Shown here: piece after piece, positions 1-9,527 of the stretch
Layout: the number at the start of each line of letters is the position of its first letter
How positions within the stretch are numbered: the first letter of the stretch is position 1
NCBI GenBank assembly: GCA_965215185.1
Contig: OZ244034.1
Coordinates: 2,208,001-2,272,000 of the forward strand
From: Acidimicrobiia bacterium
GTDB lineage: Bacteria; Actinomycetota; Acidimicrobiia; Spongiisociales; ZC4RG35
Reading direction: 5' to 3'
Length of the DNA: 64,000 nucleotides
The notes under the pieces: model-generated
Told to the model about the DNA's origin: nothing
What the model saw: the letters and a program-made list of their open reading frames with translations, nothing else
The model's database searches: none
Made by a program: the position numbers and the translations under genes

Positions 1-784
1 GCGTTCCGATGTCATCTTCCTTCTCGTCCCCGACGAGGTGATGCCCCAAGTCTTCGAGCAGGATATCGCCCCGAACCTGGATTCGGGCAACATGTTGGTT
101 TTCGCCAGCGGCTACAACATCACTTTCGGCCTTATCAAGGCCCCCTCCGACGTAGACGTGGTTTTGATCGCCCCTCGAATGATCGGCGCAGGAGTCAGGG
201 ACACCTTTTTGAGCGGTGAGGGCTTCCCTAGTCTCATTGCCGTTCACCACTCCGCCACCGAGACGGCATTCGAGCGGATGCTGGCACTTTGCGAAGGGAT
301 CGGATCCACAAAGATGGGGGTGATCGAATCCAGTTTCCTCGAGGAGACGACAGTAGATCTATTCGCGGAGCAGGTGGGTTTTCTCTACGCGGTGCGCCGT
401 TACTGCGAAGTGCTGGTGGAGGCCGGGTGCAGTCCCGAGGCGGTCATGCTGGAATTCTATGCCTCGGGGGAGGGCATCGAGACCGCCAAGGCATATCGTG
501 ACATCGGGCTTTGGGACCAGATTACGCTACATTCCCGTACCAGCCAGTACGGGCAGGAAGTGACCAGCATGCTCTCTCCCGAGGAGGAGGAAACCGAGCG
601 GGCCAGGCTGAGAGGGATCATCTCCCATATCCAAGACGGTTCTTTCGCCCGGGAGTGGACAGGGGAACAGCAGGCTGGATTCCCGGAGTTCAACCGGGCG
701 AGGGCACTGAACATGGCCCATGAAATGCGAGCCTCGGAAAGAAAACTTTACAAGGTGCTGGGACGGATACCGGACAACGACTAA
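1..784 (+). CDS. Ketol-acid reductoisomerase (IlvC family) paralog, 5' truncated by window edge
   Basis: Motifs LVFASGYNI, DVVLIAPRMIG, EETTVDLFAEQ, HSRTSQYG and IQDGSFAREW are typical of KARI. It has APRMIG instead of the canonical APKxPG. Confidence 0.8.
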   Translation, partial: RSDVIFLLVPDEVMPQVFEQDIAPNLDSGNMLVFASGYNITFGLIKAPSDVDVVLIAPRMIGAGVRDTFLSGEGFPSLIAVHHSATETAFERMLALCEGIGSTKMGVIESSFLEETTVDLFAEQVGFLYAVRRYCEVLVEAGCSPEAVMLEFYASGEGIETAKAYRDIGLWDQITLHSRTSQYGQEVTSMLSPEEEETERARLRGIISHIQDGSFAREWTGEQQAGFPEFNRARALNMAHEMRASERKLYKVLGRIPDND

Positions 785-1662
785 GACAACCCTGTCCAAC
801 CTCCGGAGGGGCGGTCGAACCAGACGTGCACCTGCCCGGTGCCTGTCGCGTTCTCGTAGTCGGAGAATTGCCGACCCGGCGCCGAGCACTTCTCTCCACC
901 GACCGACGCCACCATAGCAAGGTAATGGCCGAACCCGGCCTCCGGCTCATGGGGCAGATAATCGGGCATGGCCCTGATGATCCTGGCATGGTCTCCCGAC
1001 GCCATCCACTCCAGTCGCACCTCGTCGGCGGCTCGGGCCTGCGGAGTAAAAATGTGAATCGGATCGGAAGCCTCGTGCTCGACCAATTGGCGCAACGGCC
1101 AGAAATGATGGGTCATACCCCCCGAAGCCAGCACCACCACCCGGCGGTCCACTGAAGCCACCGCTTCACCAACAGCTTCTCCCAGCTGCAGGAAGTCGTC
1201 GGTTTCTCCGGTTTGGACCATGCTCACCGACATCACCCGTTCACTGCGGCACAGGTAGTGGACCAGGTTGATGGTCCCGTAGTGGACCGGCAGGTACGGA
1301 TCGCAGATGGGAGTTCCCTGCACCCCCCGGCCGGTAATCGCCTGGGCTGCCGCTTCGGCCAATTCCGGGTCCCCGCGGTAGTCGTAGGGAAGCTGGGAGA
1401 TGCCGCGGGGAAGTTCCTCGGAGGTGTATTTGCCGCTGCGACGCTCGTGCGAGGAAAATACGTGTTCCACCGTGGTGTGCCAATGGGTGTCGAAGATCAC
1501 GATCGTGTCCGCAGCAAGGACATCCAGCACCTCGGTGCGCAGCCTTCTCAGCCCGGGCACCAGACTGATTTCCTTGCCCTCATTCAACTGGTAACGCACC
1601 TCGCGGGAAAGCATCACCGTCGGCGAGTGGGATATCAATCCCACTCCAACGATCTCACCCAT
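781..1662 (-). CDS. Extradiol ring-cleavage dioxygenase, LigB family (HpaD-like 3,4-dihydroxyphenylacetate 2,3-dioxygenase)
   Basis: SHSPT, IFDTHW, YRGDPELA, PVHYGT, VLASGGMTH and TGTGQV motifs. Overlaps the upstream ALDH. Confidence 0.8.
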   Translation of the reverse strand: MGEIVGVGLISHSPTVMLSREVRYQLNEGKEISLVPGLRRLRTEVLDVLAADTIVIFDTHWHTTVEHVFSSHERRSGKYTSEELPRGISQLPYDYRGDPELAEAAAQAITGRGVQGTPICDPYLPVHYGTINLVHYLCRSERVMSVSMVQTGETDDFLQLGEAVGEAVASVDRRVVVLASGGMTHHFWPLRQLVEHEASDPIHIFTPQARAADEVRLEWMASGDHARIIRAMPDYLPHEPEAGFGHYLAMVASVGGEKCSAPGRQFSDYENATGTGQVHVWFDRPSGGWTGLS

Positions 1663-3130
1663 GGTCCTTCTCCTCTCTCCAGCCTCGGGGACCGAGAACC
1701 GTGTTATTCAGATCACTGTAGAAGTCAAAACTCCAGGCGCCCCCCTCTCGGCCGATCCCCGAATGGCGGCTTCCGCCGAAGGGGGCTCGAAGGTCTCGCA
1801 CATAGAAGCAATTGATCCAGGTCGTCCCGGAAACGATCTGTGCCGCAAGCCGCTCGGCCCGGCCGGGATCACCGGTGACCACTGCCGCCGCCAAACCGAA
1901 CCGGGTGGAATTGGCCATCTCCACTACCTGCGAATCCGTGCGGAACGCCTGCAGGGTGAGCACCGGACCGAACACCTCCTCGGTGAGGATCTCCGAGCCG
2001 GGGGTGGCGTCCACAAATAGTGTGGGCCGATAGTACAGGCCACCCAGATCCCGGTTCGGGCCTCCTCCCAGCACCGCCCGCGCCCCGTTCCCGGTCGCTC
2101 GACGGACATAGCCATCCACCCGCTCCAGGTGCGGCCGGGAAATGAGCGGACCCAAATCGGTGTCGCCCAAACGGGGATCGCCCTGCACCAAAGCACCCGC
2201 TTTCTCCAAAAACCCTTCCAGGAAATCGTCGAGGATCCGCTCTTGAACGAGAAGCCGAGTGGCCGCCAGGCAGACCTGTCCGGCGTTGTCGTACTGTTCC
2301 ACCGCCATGCAGATCGCCATGTCCAGATCAGCATCTTCCAATATCACCAGTGGGGATTTTCCTCCCAACTCCAAGCTGAACGGCACCAGGTTGGCGCCCG
2401 CCACCCCGCCGATCAGCCGAGCGGTCTCCACCGAACCGGTGAAACTGATCCTGGCCACCTCCGGGTTGGAAACCAATGCCGCGCCGGCTTCCTCCCCATA
2501 CCCTTGCACGACGTTGAACACCCCCGCTGGAAGACCGGCCTCCTCGGTTATCTCGGCCAGAAGCGAGGCGGTGAGCGGTGACCATTCGGCCGGTTTGAGC
2601 ACCACGGTATTACCGGCCGCCAAGGCCGGCGCCGTCTTCCAGGTGGCCAGCATCAGCGGAGCGTTCCAGGGTGTGATCAACACCGTCACTCCCGAAGGTT
2701 GATGGGACACCCGGTTGCGGTGACCGCGGGTGTCGAACTCAGGATGGCCCAATTCCAAGAGGTTATCGGCAAAGAACCGGAAATTGTGCGCCGACCGGGG
2801 CATCAGGCCCGCCAAGTTGGACCGAAGCAACGATCCATTGTCTACCGTCTCCACCGCCGCAAGTTCCTCTGTCCGCCTGTCGATCCCCTCAGCAATCCGA
2901 TACAGAATCTCCGCCCGCTCCCGCCGGGAGGTGCGGCCCCACACAGAGAATGCCTCGGTGGCGGCTGACACCGCGGCCGAGGCTTCGGCTTCTCCACCCC
3001 GGGCGGGGGAAGCCATGTGGGACTCGTCGATGGGGGAAAGGTCGGGAAAGGTGTGGGCGGAGGGAACTCTTCTGCCTCCTATCCAATGGTCGAGGGCCAC
3101 CTCCACCCCCGCCACCATGGCGGTTCTCAT
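1655..3130 (-). CDS. Aldehyde dehydrogenase, HpaE/2-hydroxymuconic semialdehyde dehydrogenase-like
   Basis: ITPWNAPLML, LKPAEWSP, FTGS, LELGGKSP, GQVCLA, EEVFGPV and PFGG motifs. Coupled to the LigB dioxygenase. Confidence 0.85.
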   Translation of the reverse strand: MRTAMVAGVEVALDHWIGGRRVPSAHTFPDLSPIDESHMASPARGGEAEASAAVSAATEAFSVWGRTSRRERAEILYRIAEGIDRRTEELAAVETVDNGSLLRSNLAGLMPRSAHNFRFFADNLLELGHPEFDTRGHRNRVSHQPSGVTVLITPWNAPLMLATWKTAPALAAGNTVVLKPAEWSPLTASLLAEITEEAGLPAGVFNVVQGYGEEAGAALVSNPEVARISFTGSVETARLIGGVAGANLVPFSLELGGKSPLVILEDADLDMAICMAVEQYDNAGQVCLAATRLLVQERILDDFLEGFLEKAGALVQGDPRLGDTDLGPLISRPHLERVDGYVRRATGNGARAVLGGGPNRDLGGLYYRPTLFVDATPGSEILTEEVFGPVLTLQAFRTDSQVVEMANSTRFGLAAAVVTGDPGRAERLAAQIVSGTTWINCFYVRDLRAPFGGSRHSGIGREGGAWSFDFYSDLNNTVLGPRGWREEKDHG

Positions 3131-3146
3131 CTACACCCCGTAGCCC

Positions 3147-4337
3147 TCAAAACGAGATAGCCCTTGCCGCCTCCAGAGAGGAGCGGACTTCCTCTCCCGC
3201 GGTTTCCAAGGCGCGCTGTTCTTCCTCGGAGAGAGTCATCTCCACTACCTCGATCAATCCGCCCTTGCCCAACAAAGCGGGGACGCCCAGCACCATCCCC
3301 TCCATTCCATATTCGCCCTCCAATAACACCGAGACCGGTATCGCCCCGGCTCTTTGGCCTCGCAGACCGTCCAGCACTTCGCAGATCGCATGCCCAGGCG
3401 CGAGATACGCCGATCCAGTCCGGCGGAGCGAAACCACCGCCCCTCCACCGCCCACCGTGCCCTCCACGCACCGTTGGATCTGTTCGGTAGAGAGGACCCT
3501 TTGCACCGGACGTCCTTTGATGGTGGCCCTCGATAGCACCGGCACCATCTGGGGACCGTGGCGTCCCAGACAGAAGGCTTGAACATCTTTGGGGGAAACC
3601 CCCGCTTCGCGAGCCAGCAGATAACGGAATCGACTGGAGTCGAGCGTCCCGGCCATCCCCAGCACCTGCCGGCGTGGGAATCCCGAAGCAGAAAGCGCCT
3701 CATAGGTCATCTCATCCAGCGGATTGGTCACCACCACAATCACTGCGTCGGGAGCATGAGCCGCCACCTCCTCGGCCACCGAGCGAACCACCCTCCCGTT
3801 GATGGATATCAACCCCGCCCGGTCCATCCCCGGGGACCGTGGACGCCCGGCGGTGATCACCACCACCTCGGCGCCGGTAAGCAATCCTGATTCCGAACCG
3901 CCCGTCACCCTCACCGAAGAGCCGGTGATCCCCGAGGTGTGCTCCACATCGAGCGCCACCGAGGCGGCCAGCCCGGCTACCACATCCATCAAAGTGATCT
4001 CGGAGGCCATGTCGGAAGCGGCAGCCAGATGTGCCACCGTGGTGCCCACGTTTCCAGCTCCCACCACCGCCAGGCGGGCCAAACGCCGGGGTCGCCCTAC
4101 CGGGGGATCAGGCGCCATCCAGCGGGGGGAGCTTCTGTAGAGCACGCGCCGGATGGCAGTGGCCGGATCGGCGGCCCGCGGCTCGGGGACTGGTAGAGGG
4201 CCCTCCACCAGTTCTAGGCCGAGCGTCCCGATCGTTTCCCGGGCCTGGGGGGTGATGATGTCCCCGGGGAGAAAAACGATTTGGCGGCGTCCCTTCTTTG
4301 CTTCCTCCCGAACCTGGTACTCGCCGATTACTGTCAT
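3147..4337 (-). CDS. mdh: LDH-like malate dehydrogenase with ~85-aa N-terminal extension (BMC-associated)
   Basis: GAGNVG, VITAGRPRSPGMDR (Arg at the MDH specificity position), VTNPLD, GTLDSSRF and LGRHG. Start taken at ATG 4337 (MTVIGEY); the upstream part of the ORF overlaps the BMC-T gene. Confidence 0.8.
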   Translation of the reverse strand: MTVIGEYQVREEAKKGRRQIVFLPGDIITPQARETIGTLGLELVEGPLPVPEPRAADPATAIRRVLYRSSPRWMAPDPPVGRPRRLARLAVVGAGNVGTTVAHLAAASDMASEITLMDVVAGLAASVALDVEHTSGITGSSVRVTGGSESGLLTGAEVVVITAGRPRSPGMDRAGLISINGRVVRSVAEEVAAHAPDAVIVVVTNPLDEMTYEALSASGFPRRQVLGMAGTLDSSRFRYLLAREAGVSPKDVQAFCLGRHGPQMVPVLSRATIKGRPVQRVLSTEQIQRCVEGTVGGGGAVVSLRRTGSAYLAPGHAICEVLDGLRGQRAGAIPVSVLLEGEYGMEGMVLGVPALLGKGGLIEVVEMTLSEEEQRALETAGEEVRSSLEAARAISF

Positions 4338-4345
4338 AATCCCGG

Positions 4346-4969
4346 CTAGCGACCCTCTACCGCCTCCACCGCCTCCACCGCCGCATCCAAGGCGGTGACC
4401 ACGTTCTCTTCGGATCCACTGATGAACAGCCGCCCGTATCGCCCAACAGCTCTTACCTGCACCATGCTGATCAGCGCCGCCTTTTCCGCAGTGTTGGCGC
4501 CGATGGCAATATAGGCCGCCGGAGCGCACTCCAAGATGCCCAACGTCTCCCCTGGCACGACCATGCTGCCCCGCCGCCACTTGTTGAGCAACTGTGCCTG
4601 ATATGGTTCCACCGAGTTAATACGCTGGACGCTCTCGATTTGGGGCTTTATACGGTCATAGAGCGACATCCCCAAGTAACCGAGAATGCTCTCCCGGGCG
4701 ACGGTGATCTCCGACGGAACTCGGGAGCGGAGAATAAAAAACCCGAACTCTCGCTCTACGATCTGGCTGGTGGCTTCCACCGAGGAAGCTTTGAGGGCCA
4801 CGTCCACCAATCGGAACACCTCGTTACCCGGCGCCATTTCCCCCACCAGCACCGAATCGCCAGCCAGAGGAATCGATCCCTGCACGGTGGCCCCGTTGTA
4901 GGCCGCGAATTTGGGCTGTAGCCCGTCCAACTGGAAAAATGCCCGGATGGTCAGGGAGTTGTTGTTCAT
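4346..4969 (-). CDS. BMC shell trimer protein, BMC-T(dp) (CcmP/CsoS1D-like)
   Basis: LDGLQPKFAAY, EMAPG, VDVALKA, VEREFG, PYQAQLLNKWRRGSM, ANTAEKAA and GRYGRL. ATGA overlap with the AldDH stop. Confidence 0.85.
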   Translation of the reverse strand: MNNNSLTIRAFFQLDGLQPKFAAYNGATVQGSIPLAGDSVLVGEMAPGNEVFRLVDVALKASSVEATSQIVEREFGFFILRSRVPSEITVARESILGYLGMSLYDRIKPQIESVQRINSVEPYQAQLLNKWRRGSMVVPGETLGILECAPAAYIAIGANTAEKAALISMVQVRAVGRYGRLFISGSEENVVTALDAAVEAVEAVEGR

Positions 4970-6351
4970 CCGGACCTGCCGAACTCGTCCCACAGGCCTC
5001 GCCAGGGACGGTTCTGATAGGCAATCCGCTTTATGTTGATCAGGTGCAGGGCAGTTATGTTGTCCGAGGATATCGAACCCGACCAGGTGCCGGTGCCCAG
5101 CATGAAACTCGGCTCCAGATCCACCGAGTACCCCATACCTCCGTACAGACAAGGGGTGTTGACCAGGATGCGACCGGCGGGCAGCCTCCCGAATTCCGCC
5201 ACATCATCGGCATCATGGGAGTGAATCGCCAGCGTGTGCCCTATCCCCCCGAAGTTGAGGACCTCTTCGCACCTGCGGTAGCCGGCCGCCCGATCGGCCA
5301 CCACATAGAAGGCCAGCACCGGATTCAGTTTCTCGTGGGAGAGCGGATGTTCGCGACCCACCGCATCCAGTTCCGCCAGCAAGACTCGGGTGCGGGGCGG
5401 TGTGTCGAACCCGGCCAGTTGAGCCAGGCGAGCCGCCGACTGTCCCACCGTGGAAGGGATGATGCTCCCCCGCTGCCCAAAGATCACCCGTCCCAAACGG
5501 GCTGTCTCTTGGGGGGTGCAGAAATATCCGCCCGCCAGCCGCATTTCGTTGCGCAGGGCGGGCGCTATTTGCCGATGGGCGACTATGGCCTGCTCGGCGA
5601 CACAGGCGGTGCCATAGTCGAAGGACTTGGAGTTGATAATCTGCTCGGCCACTTCGTCCAATTCGTTGACCATAGAGGGACCCACGTACACGGGCACATT
5701 ACCAGGCCCCACCGCCAGAGTGGGCTTTCCTGATGAGTAGGCGGCTCTCACCATGGCGGTCCCACCCGTTGCCATCACCACCGATGTCCGCCGGTGACGC
5801 ATCAACTCTCCGCTCCCCTCCAAAGTCACCTCGGTGAGACAACTGATCAAACCCTTGGGCGCCCCGGCCGCCTCGGCCGCCTCGGCCATGATGCGGGCCG
5901 TCTCCGCACAACACCGCACCGCGCGGGGATGGGGGGCGCACACGATGGCGTTCCCGGCTTTGACCGCCGACAGCACTTTGAAGATCACAGTGGAAGTGGG
6001 GTTGGTGACCGGAATCAGGGCGGCCACCACCCCCATCGGTTCGCCCACTGCCATCACCTTGGTGGCCTGGTCATGCCACAGCACCCCCACACAGCGGACA
6101 TTGCGCAGCCATTCCCACACCCCAAGGGCGTTGAAGAGATTCTTGTACAGTTTGTCCTCGGCGTTGCCGTACTCGGTCTCGACGGCGGCCATCTCTCCCA
6201 ATCGGCCGCATTCGGGCTCGATGGCCACCACCATCGCCTCCACGATCCGGTCGATGGTCTCCTGTGATGTGCCCCGGAATTTGTCAAAGGCCGCCCGGGC
6301 GGCGGTCACCGTCTGGCGAGCCTGGGCGATGCTGCGAAGATCTGCATCCAT
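4966..6351 (-). CDS. Acylating (CoA-dependent) aldehyde dehydrogenase, EutE/PduP family
   Basis: MDADLRSIAQAR start, IPVTNPTST, PHPRA, ATGG, GPGNVP, SKSFDYGTACVAEQ, EKLNPVL and LGTGTWSG. Confidence 0.9.
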   Translation of the reverse strand: MDADLRSIAQARQTVTAARAAFDKFRGTSQETIDRIVEAMVVAIEPECGRLGEMAAVETEYGNAEDKLYKNLFNALGVWEWLRNVRCVGVLWHDQATKVMAVGEPMGVVAALIPVTNPTSTVIFKVLSAVKAGNAIVCAPHPRAVRCCAETARIMAEAAEAAGAPKGLISCLTEVTLEGSGELMRHRRTSVVMATGGTAMVRAAYSSGKPTLAVGPGNVPVYVGPSMVNELDEVAEQIINSKSFDYGTACVAEQAIVAHRQIAPALRNEMRLAGGYFCTPQETARLGRVIFGQRGSIIPSTVGQSAARLAQLAGFDTPPRTRVLLAELDAVGREHPLSHEKLNPVLAFYVVADRAAGYRRCEEVLNFGGIGHTLAIHSHDADDVAEFGRLPAGRILVNTPCLYGGMGYSVDLEPSFMLGTGTWSGSISSDNITALHLINIKRIAYQNRPWRGLWDEFGRSG

Positions 6352-6353
6352 GT

Positions 6354-7484
6354 CTATTCCGCTCTTCCCACCGCTCGGCGCACCGCGTCGAGATCGGCGT
6401 TGGCCCACCCCAAAGCCTCCAAGCGACGACCTTCCGCCCACAGGTCGCGCCCACACATGGCCGACACCACAGTCACCACTGAAGAGGTAACCGGCACGGG
6501 AACAGAAGCCATGGCCGCGGCTGAGCAGAGTGCCACCAGCGATCCCGCCGTCCCGTCCAATACCAGACCACTGAGCGTCTCCTTATCGGAGCCCGGTCTT
6601 GTATCACCAACCGGGGCAAGCGGGGTGCGCACCCCCCAGCGGGCGGCCACCGCCGCTCTTTCTTCCCCAAGCGCCCCCAGGAGGGATTCCATTTGCGGGG
6701 AAGGAACCGCCGGGTGGGGAAGGGGAGTGGCGCCGGGCAGTAGCTCTCTGGGTGTTTGGCGGGCGATAGGTCCGTCCAGTATCCCCGCGGGGACCACCGA
6801 CCAGGAACTCTCCGTAAGACTGGTGTGCAGCACGGTCGGCAAGAGTTTCATGGCCGGGAAGTAAGCGGCCAAAGACTCCCTCACGCCTTGGCCCCGGTCA
6901 GCCGGGTAGGCGGCCAAGGCTGCTTCCGAAGTGGATTCTGCCCATTGCAACCGCCCGGTTCCCACGGCCGCCACCGAAAACGGGCAGGCTTGCAACTCGA
7001 TCAGGGTTATCCCTTCAGATGCCCCGCCCGCCCTGAGCCACCAAGCCATCTCTAGAGCGCCGAAGGTTCGACCGGGTGAGATCGCCACCATCTGTCCCTC
7101 GTCCAGCAGTCCCGCCAACCGCATTCCCACCGCCCGCTGGTCGGTGAGCGACCCCACCACCACCACTAGATCCGCGCCAGCCACGGCTTGGTCGATCCAG
7201 GGAACGGGGCGGATGGCGTGTTCGGCATCGGGGTCCACCCGGTAGTTTCCCACCGGACCCCCGCCGCGTACCGAAATACCAGAGGTGGCCACCCGGGCGG
7301 CTTCCTCCCCTCTGGCCACCCACCAGCGAACCTGGGCGCCCCCGGCTAAGAATCCGGCCGCAAAAGCCCACGCCTGAAGACCTGATCCCAACACCGTCAC
7401 CTGGCCCCAGTGAGGGGCGGGAACCCGATGTTCGGAAGTAGATTCGCTCAGGGCGGCGACGACTGCCTCGAAGTCAGACAACAC
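6354..7484 (-). CDS. NAD/NADP opine (octopine/nopaline) dehydrogenase family protein, degenerate
   Basis: Rossmann-like VTVLGSG, ISPGRTFGALE, and C-terminal VPVPVTSSVV...GRDLWAEGRRLEALG. The family His-Pro motif appears replaced. Confidence 0.65.
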   Translation of the reverse strand: MLSDFEAVVAALSESTSEHRVPAPHWGQVTVLGSGLQAWAFAAGFLAGGAQVRWWVARGEEAARVATSGISVRGGGPVGNYRVDPDAEHAIRPVPWIDQAVAGADLVVVVGSLTDQRAVGMRLAGLLDEGQMVAISPGRTFGALEMAWWLRAGGASEGITLIELQACPFSVAAVGTGRLQWAESTSEAALAAYPADRGQGVRESLAAYFPAMKLLPTVLHTSLTESSWSVVPAGILDGPIARQTPRELLPGATPLPHPAVPSPQMESLLGALGEERAAVAARWGVRTPLAPVGDTRPGSDKETLSGLVLDGTAGSLVALCSAAAMASVPVPVTSSVVTVVSAMCGRDLWAEGRRLEALGWANADLDAVRRAVGRAE

Positions 7485-7501
7485 TCAATTCCGATTGCAG
7501 T

Positions 7502-7786
7502 CTAGGACCTTCCGCCGAGTTGTGGGAGCATTTCGACCCCCGCATCGGGGCGGGCGATCACATGCACTGCGACTACTTCGCCAACCTTGTTGGCGGCGAC
7601 GGCTCCAGCATCGGTGGCGGCCTTGACCGCCCCTACTTCTCCTCGAACGAAGACCGTCACCAAGCCTCCTCCGATCTTTTCCAGTGCCACCAAATCGACA
7701 TTGGCCGATTTCAACATGGCGTCTGCGGCTTCCACCGAGGCAACCATGCCCCGGGTCTCGATCATGCCTAAAGCTATTTTGTCCAA
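7502..7786 (-). CDS. BMC shell hexamer protein (BMC-H, PduA/EutM/CcmK family)
   Basis: [40 protein letters not shown] and VHVIARP. Confidence 0.97.
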   Translation of the reverse strand: MDKIALGMIETRGMVASVEAADAMLKSANVDLVALEKIGGGLVTVFVRGEVGAVKAATDAGAVAANKVGEVVAVHVIARPDAGVEMLPQLGGRS

Positions 7787-7850
7787 GGTCTCTCTCCTTA
7801 GTGTTTGGCTATTGGCGGGACCCTTTCGGGTCCCGGTTTCGGTCTTTCAT

Positions 7851-8111
7851 TTACTTGGGAATCTGCACTTCGTCAACAATCATCACCGCCGCCGCGTCAG
7901 TGGGAAGACCCCGAAGCGACACAGCCTGACGGGCCGCTGAGCCCTCCGCGACCAAAACCAACTCCCCGACCCCGGCCCCCACCGCGTCGGCCACCACAGT
8001 GTCTTTTCCGCCCTCCTCGTCAATCGGCGCCACCAGCAGCAGGGTCACTCCCTGTAGCCCGGGATCTTTGATGGTCCCGGTCACCTTCCCTCTGACCCTG
8101 CACAGGCGCAT
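7851..8111 (-). CDS. BMC vertex protein (BMC-P, EutN/CcmL family)
   Basis: MRLCRVRGKVTGTIKDPGL, VVADAVGAGVGELVL, GSAAR and DAAAVMIVD. Confidence 0.95.
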   Translation of the reverse strand: MRLCRVRGKVTGTIKDPGLQGVTLLLVAPIDEEGGKDTVVADAVGAGVGELVLVAEGSAARQAVSLRGLPTDAAAVMIVDEVQIPK

Positions 8112-8114
8112 GGC

Positions 8115-9428
8115 TCAGAATGCTTCCAGATAACGGTCCCGCTCCAACTGCGTAACCGTGTCGCGCCACCCATCCGGATCCGACTCCACCATGAAGTTGT
8201 GCTCACGCTCGGCCTGCTGGGCAAGGGTGAGGCGCAGCTCCTCGGAAAGAACCTCGGCAATCAACTCGGATTTGGAGAACAACTCCAAAGCGGTAGGAAT
8301 GTCGGTGGGAAGAGCCTGGTGACGAGAGGCGGCATAACCGTCGCTCACCTCTTTATCGGTGGGCTGGGCGCCGGTGGCCATGCCCTTCAAACCCGACGCC
8401 AACTGCACGGCGGTCAAAAGGTAAGGGTTGGCGTCCGAGGAACCGTCCCGCTGCTCGATGCGCACCGCCGAGTCGCTGCCCCCCTCAATCACCCTCAATC
8501 CCACCGTGCGGTTGTCCCCGCCCCAGGCGTTGCTGGTTGGACAGAAGGTGTACCCCTGACGACGTTTCATGGAGTTAGGGGTGGGGGCGGAAATCAACGC
8601 CGTCTCCGCCATGTGCTGCTGCAGCCCTCCCAGATAGGAACGTCCCAGCGCCGAGAGACGGCCCCCGTCGGCAAAGACGTTCTTTCCGTCTTTCCACAAT
8701 GACTGGTGGAGATGGAAACTGTTGCCGGACTCCCCGAAGAAGGGCTTCGCCATGAATGAGGCCAGCATTCCGTGGTTATAGGCGATCTCTTTGACCGAGT
8801 TTCGGAACAACATGGCGTTGTCGGCCGAGGTGAGGGCTTCCCCGTAGCGGAGGTTTATCTCGATCTGCCCGGGGGCGTATTCGGGATTGGACATCTCCAC
8901 TTGGATACCCATTTCGCTGCAGAGATTGCGGATCGGCCCCACCACATGCTCGAACATCGCTCCCCGCGCCAACCCGTATACAGAGATTCCCGAGTCCACC
9001 AGCTGCTTGGTCTCCAGATCAAGCAGGTAGAACTCGAACTCCACTCCGGTCTTTACCTCGTAACCCTGGTCCGCGGCCTTGGTGACCTGCTCCACCAACA
9101 CATTGCGGGGATCGCAGCATACTGGGCTGCCGTCTATCTCCTCCGCACGTCCCAACACCAGCACCACCCCCTCCTCCCAGGGAACCGGCCTCATGGTTTC
9201 CAGCATCGGAATGATGTGGACATCGGCGTAGCCGTTCGCAAAATTCGCATAGGGGGTATCCCAGATGTCGTTAGTCACGTCCATCTGAAAAATGGCGTTG
9301 CACATTCCAACGCCATGCTTGAATTCTTCCCAAACCCCAGCCTGAACCCGCTTGCCCCGGGCGATGGCGTTCAAGTCCCCTAGTGCCAAAACTACCGTGT
9401 GAGTGCCTTCCGGCAACGACTGCGCCAC
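8115..9428 (-). CDS. Glutamine synthetase-like gamma-glutamyl-amine ligase (PuuA/GlnA3/GlnA4 type)
   Basis: ARGKRV, GVEFEFYL, EYAPGQIEINL, FMAKPF, GNSFHLHQSL, WGGDNRT and RIEQR..DANPYL. Confidence 0.85.
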   Translation of the reverse strand: MAQSLPEGTHTVVLALGDLNAIARGKRVQAGVWEEFKHGVGMCNAIFQMDVTNDIWDTPYANFANGYADVHIIPMLETMRPVPWEEGVVLVLGRAEEIDGSPVCCDPRNVLVEQVTKAADQGYEVKTGVEFEFYLLDLETKQLVDSGISVYGLARGAMFEHVVGPIRNLCSEMGIQVEMSNPEYAPGQIEINLRYGEALTSADNAMLFRNSVKEIAYNHGMLASFMAKPFFGESGNSFHLHQSLWKDGKNVFADGGRLSALGRSYLGGLQQHMAETALISAPTPNSMKRRQGYTFCPTSNAWGGDNRTVGLRVIEGGSDSAVRIEQRDGSSDANPYLLTAVQLASGLKGMATGAQPTDKEVSDGYAASRHQALPTDIPTALELFSKSELIAEVLSEELRLTLAQQAEREHNFMVESDPDGWRDTVTQLERDRYLEAF

Positions 9429-9527
9429 GGGATTCTCCTCTCTGTACCGTACTCTGATTCTTGTGGTCGGCTTAGCTGCTTTGCCCTTACTCCTAGCAGA
9501 AGCGGCGGTATAACATCATAGTGGAAG

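Noticed and set aside
4338-4580. Poly-Gly N-terminal extension of the MDH ORF
   Set aside because: It is an alternative frame of the BMC-T 3' end; the real start is at 4337.
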